A stretch of 64,000 nt of DNA from Chloroflexota bacterium (GTDB lineage Bacteria > Chloroflexota > UBA11872 > VXOZ01): the NCBI GenBank assembly GCA_963662335.2, contig CAXXVD010000001.1, positions 32,001 to 96,000 on the forward strand, read 5' to 3'. Shown piece after piece: positions 1-8,585 of this stretch. The stretch's first letter is position 1, and each line of letters begins with the position of its first letter. The notes under the pieces were generated by a model that was not told the DNA's origin, did not search any database, and was given only the letters and a program-made list of their open reading frames with translations. A program made the translations under genes and the position numbers.

Positions 1-2
1 AC

Positions 3-413
3 GGCATCGTGGAGGGTGACCCGGTTCCCGTGCGCCCTGAGCTTGGCGCAGGACCGGCAGCGCCAGGCATCCGGCGGCTGAGCCGCCTCATCGAGAAACC
101 GCCCATCAGCGAGGCCCCGACAAATCTCGCGATTGTGGGCCGCTACGTCTTCACGCCGGCGATTTTCGACTACATCGACCGCACGCCGGCCGGCGCCGGC
201 GGTGAGGTCCAAATCACCGACGCCATCAACGCGTTGGCGCAAGAGGGCCAGGTCTACTCCTGCGAATTCACCGGTAAACGCTACGACATGGGCGACAAGG
301 TGGGCTACCTGAGCGCCTCGATTGACCTCGCGCTCAAACGGCCCGATCTGCGGCCCGGCTTGCTGGACTACCTGCGCGGCCTCGACCTTGACCAGTTGGA
401 ATCCGCAAAGTGA
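3..413 (+). CDS. galU: UTP--glucose-1-phosphate uridylyltransferase, C-terminal part (5' end outside window)
   Basis: IEKP, AIVGRYVF, GEVQITDAI and RYDMGDKVGY motifs typical of GalU; frame open to the window edge. Confidence 0.88.
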   Translation, partial: GIVEGDPVPVRPELGAGPAAPGIRRLSRLIEKPPISEAPTNLAIVGRYVFTPAIFDYIDRTPAGAGGEVQITDAINALAQEGQVYSCEFTGKRYDMGDKVGYLSASIDLALKRPDLRPGLLDYLRGLDLDQLESAK

Positions 414-1525
414 GCGCCGAGTGCCACGCAAATGCGGGAGCGGCGCGCGCTCAGTTGCTTGCGGAACTTGCCGCGCGCCGCGAGCGGGTCTACGACTATC
501 TGCAAGCGGCGGTCGCGCGCGCGGACTTGCGGTCACTGCACCTTGGCGACGCGCTGGCAAGCTACGTCGAGCGGCCCGGCAAGGGCCTGCGCGCCGGCGT
601 GCTGCTCTTCGCCTGCCGCGCGGCCGGCGGTGATGAAGCGCGCGCCGTTCCCGCCGCCGCCGCCGTTGAACTCTACCACGTCTGGACGCTGGTGCACGAC
701 GACATCATCGACCGGGACGACCTGCGCCGGGGCCGGCCGACGGTGCACGCGGCCTTTGCCCAACGCGCCCAACGGGAATTGGGCTTGGACGATGCTGACG
801 CCGCCCACTATGGGCTGACCCAAGCCCTGCTGGCGGGAGACTTGCAGCAAGGATTGTCGGCGGCGCTGCTTACGGAAATTGCCACGAAACACGGCGCGAA
901 CCCCCTTCTGACCGCGCATCTCGTCGCGGAACTCTTTGGCGCGGTAGAGACGCAACTCGTGGACGGCGAGGCGCTGGACGTGCAATTCAGCCTGCAAGAC
1001 CCGGCAGGCGCGACCGAGGCGGCAATTCTCGACATGATGGCGAAGAAGACCGGCGCACTCTACGCCTTCGCCGCCACGGCCGGCGCGTGCATCGGCCGCG
1101 ACGCCTGGCAGCCGGAGCATCCGCTGGTCGCGGGCCTGGCCTCTTTTGCCCGCAACTGCGGCATCGCCTTTCAGCTACAAGACGACGTGCTCGGCATCGT
1201 CGGTGATGCGGCGGTCACTGGCAAGCCGGTTGGCGCGGACCTGCGCGAGGGCAAACGCACGCTCATCGTGCGGGCCGCGCTGGGCCGGGCTAACGCCGCG
1301 CAGCGGACAAGTCTACTTGGCGTACTCGGCAACCGCGCCACGACTGACGAACAGGTGGCGGAGGCGACGCGGCTGTTGCAAGACCTGGGCGGCATAGACT
1401 ACGCGCGTTCACTGGCCGACGACTACGTTGCGCGGGCCCGCCTGGCGCTGGCGAGGGTTCCTCCCGGCCGCTACCGCGAACTGCTGCACGCGCTGGCGGA
1501 TTTCGTGTTGGATAGAGACGCGTAG
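410..1525 (+). CDS. Polyprenyl diphosphate synthase (probably short-chain, GGPP/FPP synthase)
   Basis: GKGLR, first Asp-rich motif LVHDDIIDRDDLRRG, KKTG, second motif FQLQDDVLG, GADLREGK; GTGA overlap with galU stop. Confidence 0.9.
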   Translation: MSAECHANAGAARAQLLAELAARRERVYDYLQAAVARADLRSLHLGDALASYVERPGKGLRAGVLLFACRAAGGDEARAVPAAAAVELYHVWTLVHDDIIDRDDLRRGRPTVHAAFAQRAQRELGLDDADAAHYGLTQALLAGDLQQGLSAALLTEIATKHGANPLLTAHLVAELFGAVETQLVDGEALDVQFSLQDPAGATEAAILDMMAKKTGALYAFAATAGACIGRDAWQPEHPLVAGLASFARNCGIAFQLQDDVLGIVGDAAVTGKPVGADLREGKRTLIVRAALGRANAAQRTSLLGVLGNRATTDEQVAEATRLLQDLGGIDYARSLADDYVARARLALARVPPGRYRELLHALADFVLDRDA

Positions 1526-1555
1526 GCGCCTGTTGGATAGAGACGCCTAGGCGCC
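1506..1555. repeat. 25-bp tandem duplication spanning the polyprenyl synthase stop codon
   Basis: TGTTGGATAGAGACGCGTAGGCGCC then TGTTGGATAGAGACGCCTAGGCGCC (1 mismatch). Confidence 0.9.
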
Positions 1556-1604
1556 TGCGGTACGGTTTGCCGCCGTAAGTGGCAGACCCTGTCTTGTATT
1601 CTTT

Positions 1605-1667
1605 GCCGGCAACGCCAGTGTCATTGCCGGCCACGCCAATGTCATTGCTGGCCACGCCAATGTCATT
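1605..1667. repeat. 3 x 21-bp tandem repeat ending in the REP terminus TGTCATT
   Basis: Units at 1605, 1626, 1647; consensus GCCGGCCACGCCAATGTCATT. Confidence 0.9.
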
Positions 1668-1737
1668 CCGAGCGCAGCGAGGAATCTAGATGGTACCCGA
1701 CTCTAGATTCTTCGTCGCTGCGCTCCTCAGAATGACA
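1661..1737. repeat. REP-like palindromic element, family A (TGTCATT...AATGACA)
   Basis: TGTCATTCCGAGCGCAGCGAGGAATCT...AGATTCTTCGTCGCTGCGCTCCTCAGAATGACA; near-identical arms at 23517, related copy at 56252. Confidence 0.9.
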
Positions 1738-1962
1738 ATTGGGAGTGCGCTAAGGCCTTGAAGAGTTCGCGTGTCCTGGGTCTGGCCGGTCCAAGCCAAG
1801 ACTTCCAGTTGCATTCAGCCGCCGGGTTTGCAATCCGGCGAACGGTGACGTACGCTAACGCCAAGGAATTCGGCTTGGATGGAACCTACACTTAAGGCGA
1901 GAATTTCGTTGTAAACGCGGCCTTGTGCAAGCCGCACACTCCGGACCGGAGGAGGTATCGGC

Positions 1963-2997
1963 ATGGCAGACGAAATGGGCGTCGGCTTGATTGGACCCGG
2001 CTGGGTCGCCAGCGAGCACATACGCGCCTTCAACAACAACCCGCACACCCGCATGGTCGCCGTGTGCAGCCGCGACCTGGGGCGGGCGCAGGGCGCGATC
2101 GACGAGTTCGGCCTGGACGCCAAGCCCTACACCGACTACGAGCAGATGCTCGCCGATCCCAACGTGGACATCGTCTCCATCTGCACGCCCAACTTCGCTC
2201 ACGCCGAGCAGGGCGCGCTGGCCGCTGAGGCGAACAAGCACCTCGTCATCGAGAAGCCGATCGCCATCTCCCCGGAGCAGTTGGAACGCCTCGTGAAGGC
2301 CGTCAAGAAGGCCGGCGTGAAGAGCGTGGTGAGTTTCGTGTTGCGCTGGAACCCGTTGGTGCAAACGCTCCACCACCGGCGCGTGGCCGGCGATTTTGGC
2401 CGCATCGTCTATGCCGAGGCCGACTACATGCACGAGGTCGGCTACCTGCGTCCGCCGGGTCACTGGGGACGCTACCAGGAAAACGTCGGCAGCGCCATGC
2501 TCTCCGGCGGCAGCCACGCCATGGACTGCATTCGCTGGCTCACCGGCAAGGACGTAGAAAGTGTCTCCGCCTACTCCACGCCGGTGCGCCTGGAAGAGAA
2601 GGGCTTCGACTTTCCGCTTACCACGGCGGCGGTGCTGCAAATGTCGGACGGCGTGGTGGGCCGGGTGACCGCTACCATGGAAGCCCACATGCCGTACGTC
2701 TTTCACATGTCGTTGCAGGGAGACGGAGGTTCGGCCCGCAACAATCAAATCTATTCAACGGCTTTTCCCGGCTTGACCGGCTTCATGGACATTCCCACGG
2801 TGCCGCCGGACTCCGGCGACGTGGCGCATCACCCCTTCCAGGGCGAGATCGACCACATCGTCGATTGCATCCTAAACGATGAGGACTCCTACGCCGATAT
2901 CTTCGACTCGATCAACTCCCATGAAGCGTGCTTTGCCGCCGACATTTCCGCCGCGGAGGGCCGTCCCGTTGCGCTGCCGCTGATTGGCGATATCTAG
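1963..2997 (+). CDS. Gfo/Idh/MocA family oxidoreductase
   Basis: GLIGPGWVA Rossmann motif, CTPNFAH, IEKP, GGSHAMD; GGAGG RBS. Confidence 0.9.
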   Translation: MADEMGVGLIGPGWVASEHIRAFNNNPHTRMVAVCSRDLGRAQGAIDEFGLDAKPYTDYEQMLADPNVDIVSICTPNFAHAEQGALAAEANKHLVIEKPIAISPEQLERLVKAVKKAGVKSVVSFVLRWNPLVQTLHHRRVAGDFGRIVYAEADYMHEVGYLRPPGHWGRYQENVGSAMLSGGSHAMDCIRWLTGKDVESVSAYSTPVRLEEKGFDFPLTTAAVLQMSDGVVGRVTATMEAHMPYVFHMSLQGDGGSARNNQIYSTAFPGLTGFMDIPTVPPDSGDVAHHPFQGEIDHIVDCILNDEDSYADIFDSINSHEACFAADISAAEGRPVALPLIGDI

Positions 2998-3015
2998 AGC
3001 GAGTGGAGCGCCGCC

Positions 3016-3849
3016 ATGCCAGTAGTCGAGTCCCACGTGCACGTTTGGACGCAGGACGAGCGGTATCCGTTTGCGCCCACGCTGCCGGACGTGCCCGTTC
3101 CCGCCACGGAGGCCACGGCCGAGATGCTGCTGGCGGAAACGGCGCAGGCCGGCGTCGACCACGTGGTGCTGGTGCAGCCGAGCACGTACGGCTGGGACAA
3201 CCGCTACCTGGCGGACTGCATCGCCCGCTACCCGCAACAACTCGCGGGCGTTTGCCTGGTGGATCCGCTTGATGAGCGCGCGCCGGAGCAACTCGCGCAC
3301 TGGGTCACTGAGCGGGGCTTTCACGGCGTGCGGCTCCACGCGGTGCGCCCCGACAGCGCCGCGTGGTTCACCACCGCGCAGACCGAGCGCATTTGGCGCC
3401 AAGCCGCCGACCTGGGCATCCCAATCTGCATTCTCATGGACCTGGAGCACGCGCCGCTGGTGGCGGAGATGGCGCGGCGCTTTCCGCAGGTGGATATCGT
3501 CATCGACCACATGGGGCGCATCGACGTAACCGAACAGCCGCCGTATCCCAAGTTCAGCGGCCTGCTGGAACTTGCCGACCACCCGCGCACGTTCGCCAAA
3601 GTCTCCGGCATGTTGCACTACAGCGGCGAGCCGTATCCGTACGCCGACGCGCACCCGTTCTTCCGCATGGCCAAGGACGCCTGGGGCCCGCAGCGGCTCA
3701 TGTGGGGCACCGACTGGCCGATGCTGCTGGACAAAGCCGGCTACCTGCCGCGGCTAAGCGCCGTGCGCGACGAGATGTCCTTCTTCAGCCAGGCGGATCT
3801 GGAGTGGGTGCTTGGCAAGACCGCCCTCCGGCTCTGGCAGTTCGCGTAA
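3016..3849 (+). CDS. Amidohydrolase family 2 protein (lactonase-like)
   Basis: ESHVHVW, VIDHMG, AKVSG, RLMWGTDWP motifs. Confidence 0.85.
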   Translation: MPVVESHVHVWTQDERYPFAPTLPDVPVPATEATAEMLLAETAQAGVDHVVLVQPSTYGWDNRYLADCIARYPQQLAGVCLVDPLDERAPEQLAHWVTERGFHGVRLHAVRPDSAAWFTTAQTERIWRQAADLGIPICILMDLEHAPLVAEMARRFPQVDIVIDHMGRIDVTEQPPYPKFSGLLELADHPRTFAKVSGMLHYSGEPYPYADAHPFFRMAKDAWGPQRLMWGTDWPMLLDKAGYLPRLSAVRDEMSFFSQADLEWVLGKTALRLWQFA

Positions 3850-3960
3850 GCGCGGGCGCGACGCGCGGCGCCCCGTCGCGGAGACTGTGCGAATGCCCGG
3901 CGAGGGCATACTCCCTCGCTCACCGGTCTCACCGAGCCGTCCAAGCAGGAGAAACAAAGG

Positions 3961-5478
3961 ATGCCAGGACAGCGTAGACTTGGCAGACCGGCGGTAACGC
4001 TTCTTATCGCGCTGGTCCTCAGCCTCGCGTTTCCCGCAGTGCCGCTCAGCGCCGACCACTCGCTCGATGAGGCCATTGACGGCGGCCGCTTCTACAAGCA
4101 GGCGAACGGCTTTGGCGGCTGGGGTGAGCGGGGCTATGCAATCTGGGACGGGCCGGACGGAGAAAACTTCTACAGCGCGTTCCGCCGGTTTGGCGGCGTG
4201 AAAACGCTCGGCTATCCCGCCTCGCGCCGGTACGAGGTAGACGGCTTCATCTATCTGGTCACCCAGGGCGCGCTGCTCCAGTACCACCCCGGCTTGCAGC
4301 GCATATTTCTCGCCAACACGTTTGAGATCCTCGAACGCGCCGGCCTGAACGACCTGCTGCTGGCGCGGGGCATTCCAGATTCGATTGCCGACGACGGGTC
4401 CGGCGGCGACTTTGCCAAGGCGCGGGCAACGCGGCTCGGCTGGCTCACGCACGACGCCATCAAGCGGCGCTACCTGCGCGCCGGCGGTGAGAACGCGGCA
4501 ATCGCGCGCTACGGCCTGCCCATGTCCCAGCCACAGGCGTTTGGCCCGTTCATCGCCCAGCGTTTCCAGCGAATTACCCTTCAATACTGGACTGAGGACG
4601 TGCCCGGCATTGCCAGGCGCGGGGACGTCACGACCGTGCTGGGCGGCGACCTCCTGAAGGAGTTCGTCCTGTTGCCACTGGAGGCGCTCGCGCCGCACCG
4701 GAGCGATGAGCGTCCCCCGCCCGTCGCCGGCGGGGCGGCGCACCGGGAGTCGCGCTTCAGCCACGTGCTTGGCGTGGGCGAATCGGTATTCACCGGCTCC
4801 CCCGCCGTGCGCGTACACAACATGGCTCTGGCCGCCGCCAAGCTCGACGGCGCCGTCATCCCGGCCGGCGCGGCGTTCTCCGTGCTGGACGCGCTCGGCC
4901 CGATTACCGAGGACGCCGGCTACCAAAAGAGTCTCATAATCTGGGGAGACCAAACCATCGAGGGCATCGGCGGCGGTGTCTGCCAGGTGTCGACGACGCT
5001 CTTCCGCGCCGCGTTCTGGGCGGGACTGCCAATCACGGAGCGCAATCAGCATACGTACCGCCTCCAATACTATGAGATGGACGGCAGCCCGCCGGGATTC
5101 GATGCCGCCGTCTTCAACCCGGGCCTCGACCTCAAGTTCGTCAATGACTCCGAGCATTCGATTTTGATCCAGGCGCGTTTCAACGAGCGAAACGCGACGC
5201 TCGCGTTCATTCTGCGCGGCGCGGACTTGAACCGCGCGGTGGAGATGCTGCCCGTTGTCGAGAAGAATGAGACCGCGCCGGGACCGCCCCTGCCGGACAG
5301 ACCGGACCCAAACCTGCCTCTCGGGGTGCGTAAACAGGTGGAATGGGCGGCGGTCGGCCTCGTAACCGGCATCAAGCGGAAAGTAGTGGCGGACGGCGCT
5401 ACCCGCATCGACGAATTCTGGAGTGACTTCGCTCCCTGGCGCGAGCAATGGGCGGTGGGGACGGGCGCGGCGGAATAG
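3961..5478 (+). CDS. Secreted VanW-family protein with N-terminal Chloroflexi-type surface repeat domain
   Basis: Signal peptide; GGVKTLGYP and YGLPMS...QRFQR repeats; VanW core GIGGGVCQVSTTLFRAAFWAGLPITERNQH, DAAV, DLKFVN. Confidence 0.8.
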   Translation: MPGQRRLGRPAVTLLIALVLSLAFPAVPLSADHSLDEAIDGGRFYKQANGFGGWGERGYAIWDGPDGENFYSAFRRFGGVKTLGYPASRRYEVDGFIYLVTQGALLQYHPGLQRIFLANTFEILERAGLNDLLLARGIPDSIADDGSGGDFAKARATRLGWLTHDAIKRRYLRAGGENAAIARYGLPMSQPQAFGPFIAQRFQRITLQYWTEDVPGIARRGDVTTVLGGDLLKEFVLLPLEALAPHRSDERPPPVAGGAAHRESRFSHVLGVGESVFTGSPAVRVHNMALAAAKLDGAVIPAGAAFSVLDALGPITEDAGYQKSLIIWGDQTIEGIGGGVCQVSTTLFRAAFWAGLPITERNQHTYRLQYYEMDGSPPGFDAAVFNPGLDLKFVNDSEHSILIQARFNERNATLAFILRGADLNRAVEMLPVVEKNETAPGPPLPDRPDPNLPLGVRKQVEWAAVGLVTGIKRKVVADGATRIDEFWSDFAPWREQWAVGTGAAE

Positions 5479-5494
5479 CGGTCTTGCCTTTGAC

Positions 5495-5529
5495 GGCGTA
5501 GGGGGCACGACGTGTCGTGCCCCTACGCC
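5495..5529. repeat. GTAG-tagged palindrome between convergent genes (REP / possible terminator)
   Basis: GGCGTAGGGGGCACGAC-GT-GTCGTGCCCCTACGCC near-perfect inverted repeat; a half-site CCCCCGCGCTAC lies near 5600. Confidence 0.7.
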
Positions 5530-5650
5530 TGTTGCGGCCCATCGCGGGCGCCCGTGTATAGCGTCCTTCATTTCTAATTCGACAGGATTGCGCTCTAGCC
5601 CCCGCGCTACGTTGATACCACGTATGGGGGCTTTACTCGTGCAGCGGCGC

Positions 5651-6424
5651 TCAACGGTTGATGAATTGCCGCTCGAACGCGGTGACAACGCCCAGCAATT
5701 CTTCGTCGAGGCGCGAGAGGCTGAATTCCCGAATTTCCGATGGCACGCCGCCGAAGTAGGGTTCCGCGATCGAACCGGTGATGCACGCCAGCGTGTCGGC
5801 GTCCCCGCCCAGCGAGATCGCGTTGCGAATCGCGTCCTCGAAGTCATCCGCCTCCAGGAAGGCCGTCAGCGCTTCCGGCACCGTCTCCTGGCAGGTCTCG
5901 TTGAAAGAATACCCCGGTCGAATCTCGTCCAGCGAGCGCCGCAAGTCATACCCGCACACCGTTTCCGCAAACTGCCTGATGTCATCTTTCCCGCCGCCCG
6001 TGCGCGCCAGGAAGATCGCGCCGGCCGTGGCCTGCGCTCCCCGGATGCCCTCCGGGTGGTTGTGCGTCACCGCCGCGCTCTGTTCCGCGAGCGCCAGCGC
6101 GTCATCCAGGCTCTCCGCGACGTAGGCCGCCGGACTCACCCGCATCGCCGACCCGTTGCCAAAACTGCAGTACGGCTCCCAGGAGTCCGATGAGGCCCAC
6201 TCATGAAATGAAAGGCCGTAGCCGGCGCCGGGATACCGCTGGTAGTAGAGTTTCAGCGTAACGGCGTAGTCGAGTTCCTGTAGATACGCCTCACCAAGCG
6301 CGACCGTCAACACGGTGTCGTCCGTAAAGAAACAGCCGGTATCCAGAAGAGTGAAATCCTTCGTCTTAATGGCGTTGTACTCGTGCACCGAGCCGATGAC
6401 GTCGCCGGCAATCGCGCCAATCAT
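5651..6424 (-). CDS. ADP-ribosylglycohydrolase family protein
   Basis: MIGAIAGDVIGS, TDDT, GNGSAMR, THNHPEG, GGDADT; start set at ATG 6424. Confidence 0.9.
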   Translation of the reverse strand: MIGAIAGDVIGSVHEYNAIKTKDFTLLDTGCFFTDDTVLTVALGEAYLQELDYAVTLKLYYQRYPGAGYGLSFHEWASSDSWEPYCSFGNGSAMRVSPAAYVAESLDDALALAEQSAAVTHNHPEGIRGAQATAGAIFLARTGGGKDDIRQFAETVCGYDLRRSLDEIRPGYSFNETCQETVPEALTAFLEADDFEDAIRNAISLGGDADTLACITGSIAEPYFGGVPSEIREFSLSRLDEELLGVVTAFERQFINR

Positions 6425-6440
6425 GGCAGACCCCCACAGT

Positions 6441-7316
6441 CTACTGTGCGTTGATGAAGAAGATAGCAAAGAGCGTGAGCACGACACCCACCGCGGTCAG
6501 GCGTCCGAACCGCTCGCCAAAGAGCACCATGCCGCCGACCAGCGTCGTGACCAGCCCAACGGTAGCCGTGAGCGGGAAGACGACGGTGCCCGGCAGGACT
6601 TCCAGCGCGCCGAGCAGCATGACGATCTGGAAGAGGTTGGCCGCTCCCATGAAAACGCCCAGGCCGACGTTGTGCTTCACAGACGTCCGGCGCCCGTCGG
6701 TCAGCCGGAAGCGCTTGCGCAGCGGCCAGACGAACCCGACGCCCAGGGTGGCCGCAACGAAGAGCGAGGCGGTGTAGAGCGGTTGGTACTCCGGCGTGCT
6801 CCACACGGCAAAGGCCTTCGCCGCCGTGAATCCCGCTCCCGAGAGCAGCAGCACCACGAGCAGCACACCCCAGGTCCACAACGAGCGCCCGCGCTCGCCC
6901 CGCGCCGCCTGGTGCGCGTCCGCGCCCAGCAACGGCAGCGCCACGAACGCTATCGCGAGACCGACAACTTGCAGCGCGGTCGGCTGCTCGCCCCACAGGA
7001 AGATGGAAGCCAGCGTTGGCACGGCGATTGACAGGCGCACGATGCCGAACGTGATGCCGATCCCAACCAGTTCCACCACCGTGAAGAGCACGGCCAGGCT
7101 AATCTGGTACTGCAGGCCGTTGATCACGCCCAGTGCAATTACCAGCAGGTCCAGATTGGGTACGTCGTTCAGCGCCGCCCATGCGAGCGCCAACACCGCC
7201 GCCACCGCGTAGTTGATCGTGCCGACGGTCAGGTAGTTGAACTTCCCGCTCCGCGCCCAGCGCAGGGACATGGCAAACACGAAGTTGCCGAAGATCTGGC
7301 CGGCGACGTAGATCAT
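6441..7316 (-). CDS. DMT/EamA family transporter
   Basis: About 10 hydrophobic segments in two repeats (WGEQPT, FGERFG); ATGA overlap with upstream stop. Confidence 0.8.
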   Translation of the reverse strand: MIYVAGQIFGNFVFAMSLRWARSGKFNYLTVGTINYAVAAVLALAWAALNDVPNLDLLVIALGVINGLQYQISLAVLFTVVELVGIGITFGIVRLSIAVPTLASIFLWGEQPTALQVVGLAIAFVALPLLGADAHQAARGERGRSLWTWGVLLVVLLLSGAGFTAAKAFAVWSTPEYQPLYTASLFVAATLGVGFVWPLRKRFRLTDGRRTSVKHNVGLGVFMGAANLFQIVMLLGALEVLPGTVVFPLTATVGLVTTLVGGMVLFGERFGRLTAVGVVLTLFAIFFINAQ

Positions 7317-8359
7317 GCCGCGGTGAAGCGCGCCGGGGTGACCGGCTTGCCGGTCTGCCAGGACTCGATTGCCGCCAACGCCACGGCCACCGTGTTCGCG
7401 CCTTCCCACACGTTGGTCAGCGGCGTCTCATGGTTGATTACGCATTGGTACACGTGGTCCGCCACGGCCGCGATCGGCTTGCCGCCCGGCGGTCGAAATG
7501 GCACCGGCCACGCTTCTTCCGCAAAGTCGTGCTCTCCAGCGGCAGACCGGAACTGCTTCTCTTGGTCGTGCCGGCCGCGCGCCCGCTCAACCGTGCCGCG
7601 CGTGCCGAAGAGCACCAGGTTGTGCATCGTTTCCCGCACCAGGCCGTACGAAGTCGTGCACTTGCCCACCGCGCCGTTGGCGAAACGCAGCGTGGCCACC
7701 ATGCAATCGGGAAACGGAAAGTCCGGCAGCGCCCGCCCCGCCGCCTCGCAGTGCACCCGCTCGACCTCGCCCACCAGCCAGCGCAGCATGTCCAACGAAT
7801 GCGAGCCGCCGCCGAGGATGGGGTAGTGCGAATGCTCGGTCTCGCCGCGCCAGACCGTGCGCTCGCGAATGAGGCGGGCCGTGTTGTGGAGATAGTCGGC
7901 CTCGGCGTAGTAGATCTCGCCCAGGCCGCCGTCCGCCAGATGTTGCTTAAGCGATTGATAGTAGGGATAGAACCGCAGCACCTGGTCCACCGCCAGCAAC
8001 TTCCCGGTCTCCTCAACCGCCTGAATCATGGCCTCACACTCTTGCAGCGAAATGCACATTGGCTTCTCGACTATGACGTGCTTGCCCGCGCGCAGGGCGG
8101 CCACCGCCATGGGCGCGTGCAGCGCGTGGGGCGTCGCGATTACCAAGAGGTCGAGTTCCGGGTCGGCCGCAATGTCGTCAAAATCCAGATAGCGGCGGGG
8201 TACCGCGTGTTCGCGACAGGCGGCCGTAAGCGCGTCCGGCTCTTTGGCGCAGACGGCGGCAACGTTGGTATGGGGGTGAGCGGCAAATGCCTCTACAAAT
8301 CTCCGGCCAACACCGAGACCCACAACCCCCACTTGCAACTCCGGGAGACGAGTGCCCAT
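7313..8359 (-). CDS. Gfo/Idh/MocA family oxidoreductase
   Basis: GVVGLGVG, ATPHALH, VEKP, GGSHSLD. Confidence 0.9.
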   Translation of the reverse strand: MGTRLPELQVGVVGLGVGRRFVEAFAAHPHTNVAAVCAKEPDALTAACREHAVPRRYLDFDDIAADPELDLLVIATPHALHAPMAVAALRAGKHVIVEKPMCISLQECEAMIQAVEETGKLLAVDQVLRFYPYYQSLKQHLADGGLGEIYYAEADYLHNTARLIRERTVWRGETEHSHYPILGGGSHSLDMLRWLVGEVERVHCEAAGRALPDFPFPDCMVATLRFANGAVGKCTTSYGLVRETMHNLVLFGTRGTVERARGRHDQEKQFRSAAGEHDFAEEAWPVPFRPPGGKPIAAVADHVYQCVINHETPLTNVWEGANTVAVALAAIESWQTGKPVTPARFTAA

Positions 8360-8585
8360 GGCAGCAAACCTTTCGTGCACGGCCGTGTTGCTATTGCGCG
8401 CGTTTGCATTGCGCGGCGCTTCTCATTCTAGCGCATCCGGCCCAATGTCACGCACTGCCTGCAACCCCGTGTATTCAAGTGGGCGGACAGCGCCGGCACA
8501 TCCAGGCCCTCCTCTCCCGTGAGAAATTTGCAACTGTGCTATATTGTGGTCAGCACAGGCCGGTCAGCCGTAGCCAGAAACAGCT

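Noticed and set aside
1740-1962. Structured leader or riboswitch before the first Gfo gene
   Set aside because: Several small hairpins, including one over the RBS, but no aptamer consensus; expected by chance at this GC content
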